Positions 1 to 11,888 of a DNA stretch of 64,000 bases are shown here, in pieces (the first letter of the stretch is position 1; every line of letters begins with the position of its first letter). The notes beneath the pieces were generated by a model. The model did no database searches and had not been told where the DNA came from. It saw only the letters and a list, made by a program, of their open reading frames with translations. Source of the DNA: Antedon mediterranea (Eukaryota; Animalia; Echinodermata); the NCBI RefSeq assembly GCF_964355755.1, contig NC_092671.1, positions 16,554,001-16,618,000 of the forward strand, given 5' to 3'. Made by a program: the position numbers and the translations under genes.

Positions 1-127
1 TGTTGTGATGCTATACTTTTTTTGGAACCAGTGTATGGCAGGCCTTCTGCTCCAAGACTTTTTGAGGAAGCTTTCCTAAGTAGTGGACTTAAGGTGTGAT
101 GTGTTTGATGGGATAACCTTCGATGTG
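1..127 (-). CDS. Probable second coding exon of an unidentified gene; runs off the window edge
   Basis: Acceptor ...CAATATAG| at 128-129. Phase 1 matches the upstream exon. The frame is open to the window edge: (S)HRRLSHQTHHTLSPLLRKASSKSLGAEGLPYTGSKKSIASQ. Confidence 0.55.
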
Positions 128-531
128 CTATATTGGGAGACATGACAGTAACAATTTATTATCATATAATTTATCTATCATCATAAAAACTATTATCTTC
201 ATACAAGAAAAGCCCCAAATCAGCTATACAGCATGTATACTCTGCTAGCCCTTTAATCAGAGGCCCATAATATGCCAGGTATTATTGCAAGCATCAAATA
301 TTAGTATTACTATATCATATAATCATTTATGTAGAATTGTTATGACATATTTCCTGTATCATATTGTGGATAATATTCCATGTGATATTACTTCATTGCC
401 AACTGGTCTGACTGATATAAGCAGCAAGAATGACCCTTTTAGATAGGCAAACATAAGTATATATCCAGCTCTATGGCCATCTTCAAATTGTTGAATTTTT
501 GAGGATATACACTTTTAAAATTAATTCTTAC

Positions 532-784
532 AAGTGTAATCTTTTTCACCAAACTGGCCCCGTTGAGCCATTTCTGGTTGCATGGAATCTCCAAATTGAA
601 ATGAAGCCTGGGTTGAGACCTCAGGGCTAGACATTGTCCGGAACATTTCAAGGTCAAGTTTTTCCAACGGTTCAAAGATCTTATTGATGTCTGCATCCAA
701 TTCGGCATTGTGAGACTTTGCATCTTCGTCCTTTTGCACAGACTTTCCTTCTTCTTCTTTTGGATCATCTTTAATATCTGCCAT
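532..784 (-). CDS. Probable first coding exon of an unidentified gene (acidic N-terminus MADIKDDPKEEEGK...)
   Basis: Acceptor TTCTTCCAG| at 791-792, ATG at 782-784, GTAAG donor at 527-531. 84 codons +1 nt, more GC-rich than the flanks. No domain recognised. Confidence 0.65.
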
Positions 785-1226
785 TTCAATCTGGAAGAAG
801 AACAATAAATAAATTTAGATGATGTATCTCTTCTCCATATTTGTCAAATTAACTGTGTTATATTACGTGTTATTATTTATTATTATATTATGTTATTATT
901 ATTATATATTACGTTCGTTGCAAAATGAGATTCCAAACCGGCACTTGTGCAGTACCCAGTAATCATGAAAATAATAAACAATATTTAATAAAGTTTTTCA
1001 CAAGTTTTGCCGACAGTCTACAATTACTTGTTTTCGTGCTTAACTGGAAACTGGCAAAATTCGGTTTAATCCCTCTACTGACCGAGGACTGCTAGCTATG
1101 CAGAGCATATCATGACGGTATTTTAATGCGGTATGGCTGTATATCATATCATAGCTACAGTTCTAAGATCATTCTAACATTTAAAAAAATATTATTTTAA
1201 TATTTCAAAGGCCTACAACTTTGTAA

Positions 1227-1375
1227 AGCTCTGTCTACACTATCAAACTAGTTTGACAAAAAAAGGTTGATGTGCCTAAATATGGTAGTGATATTCCCAA
1301 ATATGGTAGTGATATGACATATATGGGCACATCACATTTTTTTGTCACATAAAGTTTGATAGTGTAGACAGAGCT
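1227..1375. mobile_element. Short MITE, PIF/Harbinger-like ends
   Basis: TIR AGCTCTGTCTACACTATCAAACT / AGTTTGATAGTGTAGACAGAGCT. A decayed copy lies at about 44951-45063. Confidence 0.8.
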
Positions 1376-2371
1376 TTTAAGGTTTGATACTCACTGAGAT
1401 ACTTGGGATATCTTTACTTGTTGAACTTTTATCATCCATAACCACAGTTTGATATCTGCAAAATTAAAAGTTAAAAAAACCTTCAAATTTTATAATCAAA
1501 TTCATGAATTAGTTTTATAAATAATAATTTGTAGATATTATTTTTACTACTACAGTATATTACATTAAAAATAATAAGGTAAAAAATACTGTAATATAGT
1601 ATTATTATCACTGTTTCATTTTATAATTTAATTCAGTAAGTTCATTTAATTATTGGCTTCCAGAAATATTACTTTAATTGAAAATATGTCTACATTTATT
1701 TTTGCATTAAAAAAAGAAATAATTCATTTTGCATCTAATTTTTGTATTTAATATAATGTACTTCAGGTTGCTGTGTTGATAAATGCCCTAGACCTAGGTG
1801 TCTAGGGAAGAAGAAGTATAAAAAACATTTTTAAGCCAGAAATAATTACCAGTATTTCAGATTAAGTAACAATATAAAAATCATAGTTATAAAAATAATA
1901 ATTAATGTATCTTCAAAGTAAAGTTTATTAATACTGTACCTTGATCTTTATAAAACAGAAATACCACATTAACCAATTTTCTTTCTGCGCTAGTTATTCC
2001 CGTACTGTCCTGGTAAAGAATGAACAAAATGAGGCGTAATTGAAAACTATATTGTAACAAATACTACAATGCATGTCTGTTAAGTTCACCGGCAGATTAA
2101 AAGCCAAAGTAAAACCATAAATATAAAACAATAGAGTTTTGTTTTTAGGTTGTTCCTGGTCTATCCTAGGGCCCAACCAGAAGGAAACAACCAGGAAAAC
2201 ACTAGGAAATGATAGATATCAAATATGCTTTACACACTCATCATCATCATCAATAAGGTTGTGAGTCATACTAAATTATTGTTTCTTACAGTTTCTATTA
2301 GCTATTAATAATTAACTTGCTTTATAATATTGGAGAACTTCATTCAATTTACCATTGATATTTTCTTTAGT

Positions 2372-2565
2372 AATGACAAGCTGTGGATATCAGTGGCTGG
2401 ATCTCAATGGAGATACAAAATAAACTAAGCACTGACAAATGACAATGCTGTGAATATCATTGGCTGGATCTCAATGAAAATACAAAATAAAATAAGCACT
2501 GAAAAATGACAATGCTCTGGATATCAGTGGCTGAATCTCAATGAAAATACAAAATAAAATAAGCA
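2372..2565. repeat. Tandem repeat, 66-67 bp x about 3
   Basis: Unit AATGACAATGCTGTGGATATCAGTGGCTGGATCTCAATGAAAATACAAAATAAAATAAGCACTG starts at 2372, 2438 and 2505. Confidence 0.9.
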
Positions 2566-2611
2566 AAAAGCTAAATAGAAATGATATAAAATAAAACAGC
2601 CAGAAAAATTA

Positions 2612-2648
2612 ACAGAGCTTTCGGGCAACACTAGCCCTTCATCAGTGC
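2612..2648 (-). ncRNA. Minimal type I hammerhead ribozyme motif, Penelope-like element type
   Basis: Minus strand reads GCA-CTGATGA-A-GGGC-TAGTGTT-GCCC-GAAA-GC-TC-TGT. It has the catalytic core, a 4-bp stem II, palindromic AGCT at stem III, a CUC cleavage triplet and a short stem I. Confidence 0.65.
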
Positions 2649-4387
2649 AAATTTGTATTCTTAAGAAATGTATGTAGTATTAAGATTAGGTGTGCTTTAT
2701 TTGTTGTTGTCTTGTTGCTTCATGTAGAGTGTGAATAAAATAAAAATAATACTGTACAGTACAGTATATAAATAAAGCAGCCACTGTGCAACAATCACTA
2801 TCAATTTCTGCTGAATTGTTTTAAAGAAACAAGATGTACCGTATTAGTAATTTTTTATACATAACAAAGATCATGTTGCAGCATATTTTTATGCGATACA
2901 GATTACATATTTTTTATTGGTGATCATTTGTGGTTGGTTGTGTGATGATGTCATTATGTTTAAAAGTAAGGTCAACTTGAGACCACAATTTTGTTGGAGC
3001 TAAAAATTGCTCCACGGAAACTGGTTTTGGCGATCGAGATCGTAATCAAACAAGTTTTTTATCAATCTGGACAAATAATTTTTTTTTTTCAGAAACAGTA
3101 ACTTAGAGGTTAAATAAAAACATTTCATTCACAATCACTACAGACAGTGTATACACATTCATTTAAATTGAGGCTACCCATTTATTTACTGTGCTACTGT
3201 GAAATAGAGAAATTGTACAGTAAACATTAGTGAAAAGGTTCATATGGATCTCTGTATAATAAATAATACAATGTTACTAATTTATTATAAACAATAAATT
3301 ATTAGATACTGTACAATAGATTAAGATTGACCTACTGTACAGTGTTTTATGTTCAGTCTGCTAAAATACTCACAAATTAACAATTTCTCTATCACTATGT
3401 ACAATTAACATTAACATCATCAATTAACATTGGCGCCATTAGCATTTACTGTTGGAATTGAGCCATATTAATTTTAAAAACATTAACAATATGTTATGAA
3501 TTTCCCTAAAAACAAAATACATTTCATGTGAGTAACATGTGACACTACTGCTCATTCAGTTAATTATTAATCAGAAATATATATAGTTTTATATTGTATA
3601 TTTGAACTGATATCTGTTAAGTCTGTTGACATTGACACTATTAGGTTGAACAAATTAGTACAAGCAATAACAATATTCACCAAATATTCTCAAACCATAA
3701 TCACTGGTCTTCTATCTGAGTTCCCTGTGCCCACTAAGGCATATTTTATTACAATACTTGTTGAATATACATCAACTTTTATGTTACACTGCCAGCAAAA
3801 TGTTGAAATCATTATAATGTGTATGACAAAAACATATGGTGAGCAGAGCCATACATGCCAAAATTAAAGTTTGGTGTTTTTTAGGTCGAAAGTGCCCTCT
3901 ATCTATTATCGAGACCAGGTGAGGTAAGGAATGCAGTGTGTGGAGTGACGTCACATGGTGGCTGTGTGAGGGGTATCCCTTTTCCATTCAGAAAAAAAAA
4001 TCAGATAATCGTACAATAGTTTAAATATCATAAATTTACTTGTGTGTATTTAAGTTTTTTTATTAATGCAGAAAACAACACACATAATATATCAAAATTC
4101 AGTTACCTTTGTAATGCGGGAGAAAATGTGGAAAACAAGGAGCATGATGTTAGGCCGGAAGACAAGTCTAAAATACGGGAGTCTATCAGCTAATACAGGA
4201 GTGTTGGCATGTATGGCACAGGGAAAAGTTTTGTTTTCACTATTATTAGGCCTAGGCTGTGAAACTCCTTGTAAACGCATACAGGGTAATGCGCAAAACC
4301 TTCCAAATCGCGCACAATGAATCTTTTGAAAACTAACAATTAAACTTAAAGATATAAATGACCTACACCAACATTCTTTAAAAACAT

Positions 4388-6413
4388 AATGCACTTGTTA
4401 ATTGTATGACTATGAGCCACTATAGCGTGTGTCGAAAGCGAAGACCTCGAAAGCGAAGATCGAAGACCGAAGACCTCGAAAGCGAAGACCCCACGAAATG
4501 GTAGTGTGCACAAAATACGACCAAAATCATACAAAATCGTGATTCTTAAAAAAGATTTCAATTTTATTCAGTTTCAAAATGTTTTCTAATGTCTTCATAA
4601 TAGACAAAAAATATATCAGTGTCACAATATTCAGTGTGGTTGGTGAAGCGACAGTACTATGTAAAGAAAAAATTAAAAAGGAAAATAAATATTTCATTAA
4701 CCAACGTATGAACCACTAAACAAAAAAATCCTGCCGCAACATATCGTTGACGTGCGCAACATAAGAAAATACTCTTCTATCTATTTTGCATCCCCCCTTA
4801 CGATCGAGAATCTGTTGAAAATCGTGAGACTGTTGAATAGTCGTCTCATCCACAAGCCTGTGAGATAGAAGGTTGGGGTTAGAGTGGTTAAGCCCGATAA
4901 CAATTCACCATCACTTATAATAAAGATTTATAGAGAGTATCTTTTTTTGTACTCACCACGGGAAATGCTTGAAAACAAAAGTCAGTTTCGTTTTTTTTAC
5001 TTTGATGATGAGGACAATTGTGGTTGGCGGAACTGGAACTTCATTAAACATGTCTTTTGACAGTGTCAGTAAACCTAATACCAATATGAATAAACACCCG
5101 TTTTAATCTTGAAAAATAAATTAAACATGAGCACACTATCGTCACTAATCACATTGCAACTGTAACAAAATCGGCAACTTGTAATTTTGGAGCGAATATT
5201 TTTAATTTTTCGAATGGCTTTTGTCTTTGTGATCGCTTTTGTGAAAAAGTGATTTGTGAAATCATAATTTGAATATATTCTGTCAAATTTGGCCCGGGAA
5301 ATATTTTTAGAGCTGGAATTAGTTTCCAGATCAACGCAAAGTGGGGCTTAAGAACAAACTTGTGTGTCATCACAAGTGGGAACCGACGTGTCCAACACCG
5401 TTTCTGCCTTACGTTCATCATAATGATTTTTCGATCGTAAGAGGGGATGCAAAATAGATAGAATAATTTCTTATGTTGCGCGCATCAATATGATACGTTG
5501 CGGAAGGATGTTTTTGTTAGTGGTTCATACGTTGGTTAATGAAATATTTATTTTACTTTTTACATTTTTCTTCTTTATATAGTACTGTCATTTCACCAAC
5601 CACACTAACCGATACTGATAATAGTATTTGTCCATTATGATTGAATACATTAGAAAAGCATTTTTAAACTGGCGAATAATTAAATCAGCAATACTGTATA
5701 GGCTACAATGGGGAAAATGTCAAAGTTTAAAATACTATACAGTAACTAAGGGAAAATAAATATCTTATTGTATTTATTCATACATTTAGACAATAGGCAA
5801 TTATTATAGATAATAAATATACATCAACATAATAATATTAAATGCTTAAAAAAAGGATCTCTAAGTTGTATTCACGCATATAACATTTTTAAAAAGAAGT
5901 GTAAAATCTATGATACGGACACTTTTTATAGGCCTATAGGCTCTACAATTAGCCTAAATAGGCCTATCGCCATCCTTTTCTCTTACAATTTACTTACTGT
6001 AGTTTATTTCTATACTTTTCTATACAGTTGGCTATGGGTTTTTTTTTTGTAGGCGACGTGTGCTACAAGTTATCGGAACAAATGACATTTAATATTGAAT
6101 TCAATGCTCTGTGCGATGTCCTTCTTGTGCGTCTGTTGCCTTGCAAATAGCGCGATGTGTTTGTTCGTAAATCCATATCACATAATAACTCCATTGGCGA
6201 GCTTGTTCATAGATAAAGTCATGTTTTTTGATAACAAAACGATTAAAATTGAAATATTTTATAGAATCTGTAAATTCAAGGTGTTATCATCGATTTTGTG
6301 TGATTTTGGTCGGATTTTGTGTACACTACCATTTCGTAGGTTCTTCGTTTTTGATGACGCACCTCTGCCAAGGGTCATATAGGCCTAGTGGGTCATACAA
6401 TTGACAACTGCAT
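4388..6413. mobile_element. Foldback or nested non-autonomous DNA element(s) with two pairs of long inverted repeats
   Basis: Outer IR about 4388-4570 vs 6241-6413 (ACGAAATGGTAGTGTGCACAAAATACGACCAAAATCA / TGATTTTGGTCGGATTTTGTGTACACTACCATTTCGT). Inner IR about 4554-4812 vs 5425-5686. Confidence 0.75.
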
Positions 6414-6830
6414 TAATTAAACAAGTTTAGGTCTCTAGGTCTCTTCTGTACTGGCCTAGGCCTACCCCCTTATTGAAATTGTTCTAGGCTAGGCCTAGCC
6501 TAGTAGCCTGGGACTCGGAGCCCTGCCCAGTCCCTCAGCATACTCTAGGCTATATAAAAAAGAGCCTAACTCTTACTCTAGGCCTAGCTATCTAGGCCTA
6601 CTAGTTACTACCATGCCATGCCATCCATCATGGATGGAACATGGTGGCTGACTACAGTAGCTTACCTAGCCTAGGTAGGCCTAGTTAGAGAGGGCCTAGC
6701 CTAGGCTAGCTAGCCTCTACCTAGCTAGGCCTAACTAGTACTAGGCCTAGTAGGCCTAGAAGGCCTAGGCCTAGGCCTAGCTAGATAGATGGGCTAGGCC
6801 TGCCTAGAGGCCTAGGCTAGACTAGCCTAC
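6380..6830. repeat. TAGGCCTA/TAGCCTA/CTAG-rich low-complexity tract
   Basis: Dense overlapping TAGGCCTA, TAGGCTA and TAGCTA words. Confidence 0.85.
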
Positions 6831-6834
6831 TCAC

Positions 6835-7100
6835 CTCCTTAATTAATAATATGAATTTCGGTAGCCTATGATGATGTAATTTACATTATGCTGCAAAACC
6901 TAACTTTGATACGTTAGGCTATCCAATATTCGGCCGATAATGACTTGTTTTATTTCCTGTTGGCTTGGTGGCCTCCTCTCTCTTCCCTGCTGAGTAAGAA
7001 TCCTAGCTGGCTCTCTGCACGTACTTAGTTGTTTGTTGATACACAAGCTTAAAAATGTGGTCATAGACCTTTGACCTTTTTACTTTGAACCAATGAAAAT
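6835..7100 (-). promoter_or_regulatory. Putative promoter and non-coding first exon of the left-hand gene
   Basis: AG|GTGAGT donor at 6829-6834, DR1 AGGTCAAAGGTCT at 7065-7077, CCAAT at 7090-7094. The start site itself cannot be determined. Confidence 0.45.
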
Positions 7101-7302
7101 CCTTCATCATATCTGAATCTGGATAATTTAATAAAAAGTCAAGTGTACATCCTTATAAACATAATGTAATGATTAGTTTACTCATGGAGGATGGTCTACT
7201 TTATTTTCTTCACGTTGTTATGGTTCACCACATAACTATCAAGAACAATATAATTATCTCAATTATGATTATGGTGTATGTATATAAAGTGTGCTACTGT
7301 AT

Positions 7303-7616
7303 ACAAATAATGAATATTTATGAGTGCAATGGTACAAATAATGGCACGAGGTGAATGATGAAAGGTTATATCAACGAGGCAAAGCCGAGTTGATATAACC
7401 TTTCATCATTCACCAAGTGCCATTATTTGTACCATTACACGAATACAAAACATTCATTATTTGTTTTATATAACATCTAGACGTTTTTTTTTTCGTACAC
7501 AAAAATGTTTCAAAAAGTACTATTTAACGATCGTTGAATAGTGCGTACTATTGCACGCCATGTGACCCACATTCGTCCAATCAAATGACAGGAATTTATA
7601 TAGGTGTTATATAATA
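7303..7616. mobile_element. Palindromic non-autonomous element (long hairpin)
   Basis: Perfect 26-bp arms 7350-7375 / 7389-7414 and 20-bp arms 7328-7347 / 7417-7436 around GAGGCAAAGCCGA. The right boundary is approximate. Confidence 0.7.
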
Positions 7617-10479
7617 TTAACTATTTAACAAATGTGCACCAGACAGCACACACTCCTCCACATTCACAAGTTCTTGATACAAAATTATATAAAAATAAAT
7701 TTATATCTTTTTCCAATTGTATTTACCTAATTTAATCTTAATTGTTGCATGTTTATGTCTTGTCATATCATTTTTGTGAGGGTCCGTAATGATCAGCTTC
7801 CACTGGATGGACCATCCTCATAAAATATTGTTAAAATAAATAAACCTACATTACATAACAAACAAAATGAAACCACATGTAGTTTTGATCCTTTTATTTA
7901 TTTACTATTCAAGGAGAATTGCTACAACTGCTCATACTTTTCCTTATATAGCATCTTTATGAAGGAATAAGAGTTTTAACGGAAACATAGATTTCTTTGG
8001 TTTCATTAGATAACAACAAAAAATAAAAACACAACAATGAAAAACAATTGTTATAGGAACTACAAGTAAATACAATTTTTTATATGTGAATTCTTTAGAT
8101 TTCTCCTTTTACTATGCCATGGTTGCATTTAATATTCATATTTATAATAAGCCATGAAACAGTATATACGTATTTAACTCAACTTTGTAATTTTATCAGA
8201 AAGTAAATATGAATTAGTCTATTTATACTTGATTATCTCTTTCTTTTACAAGTTGGTAATCAGAATCACAGTTTAGTGGCATTGTGGTTCGGTTTTGAAC
8301 ATACAGGCCTTTAACCTCAAATGCCTTGGTTCAATCAATTTTCTGCAAAGCACAGATAAATCATAGTAAGTATTGGTAGTAGTAAATCAATGCTTTTTCC
8401 AATGATAATATAATAATAACTATGGTTCAAAGTTCATTCTAAATATAACACAACAAATAATATATATAATAAACATTCACATATTGAGACAATCAACCAA
8501 ATTGGTTGACATTTAATTTTTGTATTCAATTATACTTTTTTTATGGCGTGACATTATGAACTCCATCTCGGATGCGTCCACATAATGATGATGATAATGT
8601 TTAATGTTTGTGGGAAGTTAAAGTTATGTTAAATAAGGCTATGCTGGTGATTCCTAAGGAAATTTGTTCTAACTTATGAATTTTTTTTTCTGAAATTAAA
8701 TATAACATATATAAATGGAACTCTTTTTCTGCAAACTTCTGTCAAACAAGTTTATAAGAACATGTGTTTGACATTATGTTACTCAAAAATAATTATATTA
8801 ACAATTTATTATTTTATCTTATACGGAAATTAATTATCATTATATTAATTATCTATTCCGACATTTTTTAATTAAAGAAAAAAACAATTTGAATGAATCT
8901 AATCAGCTGAAACGTCTCCAAAAATCCATTGCACTAAACACATTTATCATCATTCCAATTTGATAAATGATTACATTGGCAAAGACCACTGTTCACTAGC
9001 TACACAATATCAAAGAATATCTGTTTTCAACAACAAATAATGGGATTATGAAGTCACATACACAAACCAACAGTGGTGTGTTGGTAATCTATATGAGTGC
9101 TGCTTACCTGGATAAACCTACAATATCTTTTCTTTTCGTAAATGTAATCCTCTCTTCAGAAAGAGGGGCTATTTTCGGTTTATCCAGGTACGTTAAGCAC
9201 ACAATAAACTGAAACACCATCAAATTTTAAAATCTATACACACAAATCCCATTACTTAACAAATCTGAATTAATGTCAAACATGTATGGATTTGTTATTC
9301 CTTGATGAAACATGTTTATGATAAAATCAATTGTTTCACCAATAATCTATTTAATAGAGTAGTTATCACAATTTTAATCTGGTAAACCACGGAGTTCTCC
9401 ATGGGTAAACTAACCCAAATAAGCACAATTATTTGAACACAGAGGCACAATAATTGTGTATTACTATTAGTGATTTCAATGTGTTTCTGTTTCGATACAA
9501 AAGGTTGCAATTTAAAATAGTGTTTTAAACAGCCAAATATAAAAGAAATATCAAATTCTTCACCAAAAAAATGTTTTGAAATGGAACAAATCTAACTAAT
9601 TTATTAAAATAAAGCCATAGTTGCCTTAAGCTGGACAGAAACCCTGTTTTGATATAATTAAGAAATGTCTTAATTAAGGAAAAAGAAAGCAAATATTTAT
9701 GGGTAGCGAGAATAAATTAAGAAATAATCTACTAAACCAACGTACAAAGTGTCCTAAAATTAGGCAAATGAATATAAGTATTTGAATGAAAAAAAAAAAC
9801 GTTTCAAATTTGAGGGCAAGAATAAAAACAATGTTTACGGATCTAAGTCCTTTTAAAGGCATATTTCTAGGAGCATTGAATGTTAAATATCAAATTAACA
9901 AAAAAAGACAAACATTAATATGTAAAAATTCTCTTTGCATAATAAAAACAGGCGATAATTAATATTTTCCACATCAACAAAGCCTATGCTATATAAATAA
10001 ATATAAACGAGTAATACAGTCATATACAAAAAACTGGAGCACTTCATTTCAATATTATAAACATATATATCTTTGATAAAATCCATAAAAATAAACAAAA
10101 AGATTGTAAATGTACAAAAAATAAAATGTTAAAACATAAAGGATACCATTGTTTTAAGACTCGGTTTCAGAGTCAAAACTTAAAATTTTAAAATGTAATA
10201 ATGTACTATTAAAATTAGAACACAAAACTCTTTGTTATACAATTTATAGCATTGTACATTACTATTGATGAGAACAAAAATATAAATGTATTACTATATT
10301 GCATGCAACTGTACTCAGCAGTGAAGAATACGTAATTCAGTGTAGAACAAACATTACATCACAAAATACTGTGTTGATTTTTGTATGACTAATCAGTGTA
10401 ACATATGACATCATACCACAATAAGTAAAACTAGTATGACATCATGAAGTACATTGTAATAACAAAATATATATCTTAA

Positions 10480-10855
10480 CATACAGTGTAAACAACCATA
10501 GGTTTGCCTATGCCTATGACATCATATGAAATACAGTGTAAAATATGTACGGTATTATACAGTACACACAAGTATGACATCATAACATGCAGTGTACACA
10601 AAAGTATGACATAACATACAGTGTACAAAAAGTATGACATCTTAACAGAGTGTACAAACAAGTATGACATCATAACAGTGTATATGTATATTATAACATA
10701 CAGTGTACACAAAAGTATGACATCATCACATAGTGTGTATAAAAGAGAATTACATAACATACAGTGTACACATAAATATGACATCATAACATACAGTGTA
10801 CACATAAATATGACATCATAACATACAGTGTAAACATGAAGTATGATATCATAAT
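10480..10855. repeat. Minisatellite, about 32-bp unit, roughly 10 degenerate copies
   Basis: ACATACAGTGTACACATAAATATGACATCATA recurs, for example at 10757 and 10789. Confidence 0.9.
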
Positions 10856-11697
10856 TAAACACTATACCCAAAATGTTAATGTCTTCAAAAAATATTCATA
10901 TTGGGCATATAATCTCATCAGTGCAGAATATAATATTTAGTTTAAACAAAAAGCACACTATATAATTTCAGCTGCTGAGTTGGTAAATGTGCTTGTTAAA
11001 TACTATGCTCCATGAAGGAGTAACTGTATGTAACGCAAATAATGTAACCAATCACAAGTGATTCTTCTGAACTGTGCTATTAAAGATGTTTTATGCTTTC
11101 AATATACAACTATAGGCTTAAAAATAGTATAATAATAATACTACAAAATATACCTATACATAATTAATATAGACAATAGATTCAAAGGGAAAGAATTTGT
11201 AATGAATCAGTAATTTATCAATTTGTTTTCAAAATAATATATGTACTGCCCTCTAGAGGCATAAATTTGCATTTTGATAAAATACAGACAAGAGAAAGCA
11301 AACTGGTTCAGAAATGTTTTTTGTTGTTTCAAAGTCAAACATATTTCTCTTATTTTTTGTGTACGTTTAAAGAAAAATAGCATTTTTATGTTAAATAAAT
11401 TTTTTTTTATAATAAATACTACAAATTTATTTTTCTTATGACTCTACAATTATGTCTATAATATGATTGTATAATAACCATTCAGACATTAAAAAGCCAA
11501 AATTGACAATCAAAATACACTCCTTTCACAACCAATTACCAACCAACGTCCAGTCTGTGTATTTACTTGAATCTGCCACACATTTCAACGTAATGATCAC
11601 ATTATTGAAGACACAACTCATTTGGTTAATGCATGTAGATAATAGTGAACCACTTCGCCAATTGTATCTGCTGCCCTCTAGAATAAAATCTTTCCTT

Positions 11698-11888
11698 CTA
11701 CCGTTGGTAAGCAAGTAACGTTTCTGCATGGCGTTCGTTCAGAATTCTAAGGCCCCAGAGTATTTGTATACAAGAAGGGAACACAGTAAACTCCTTTGGA
11801 TGACTGTGTGACAATAAGTGTTCCAAGCTGGCTAAAATGTCTGTCTGAAGTATCTTAATTATCTCGCAATTCTTTAAGCCTGGACGGT
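11698..11888 (-). CDS. Nuclear receptor last coding exon (LBD helices 9-11, stop)
   Basis: TTTTCAG| acceptor at 11889-11890. (D)[25 protein letters not shown]...[20 protein letters not shown] at 11698-11700. Confidence 0.92.

Noticed and set aside
439-789. 116-aa minus-strand ORF
   Set aside because: Shadow frame of the 532-784 exon. The other frame has the ATG and a phase-compatible donor.
10476-10871. 131-aa and 66-aa ORFs
   Set aside because: Translations of the 32-bp minisatellite.
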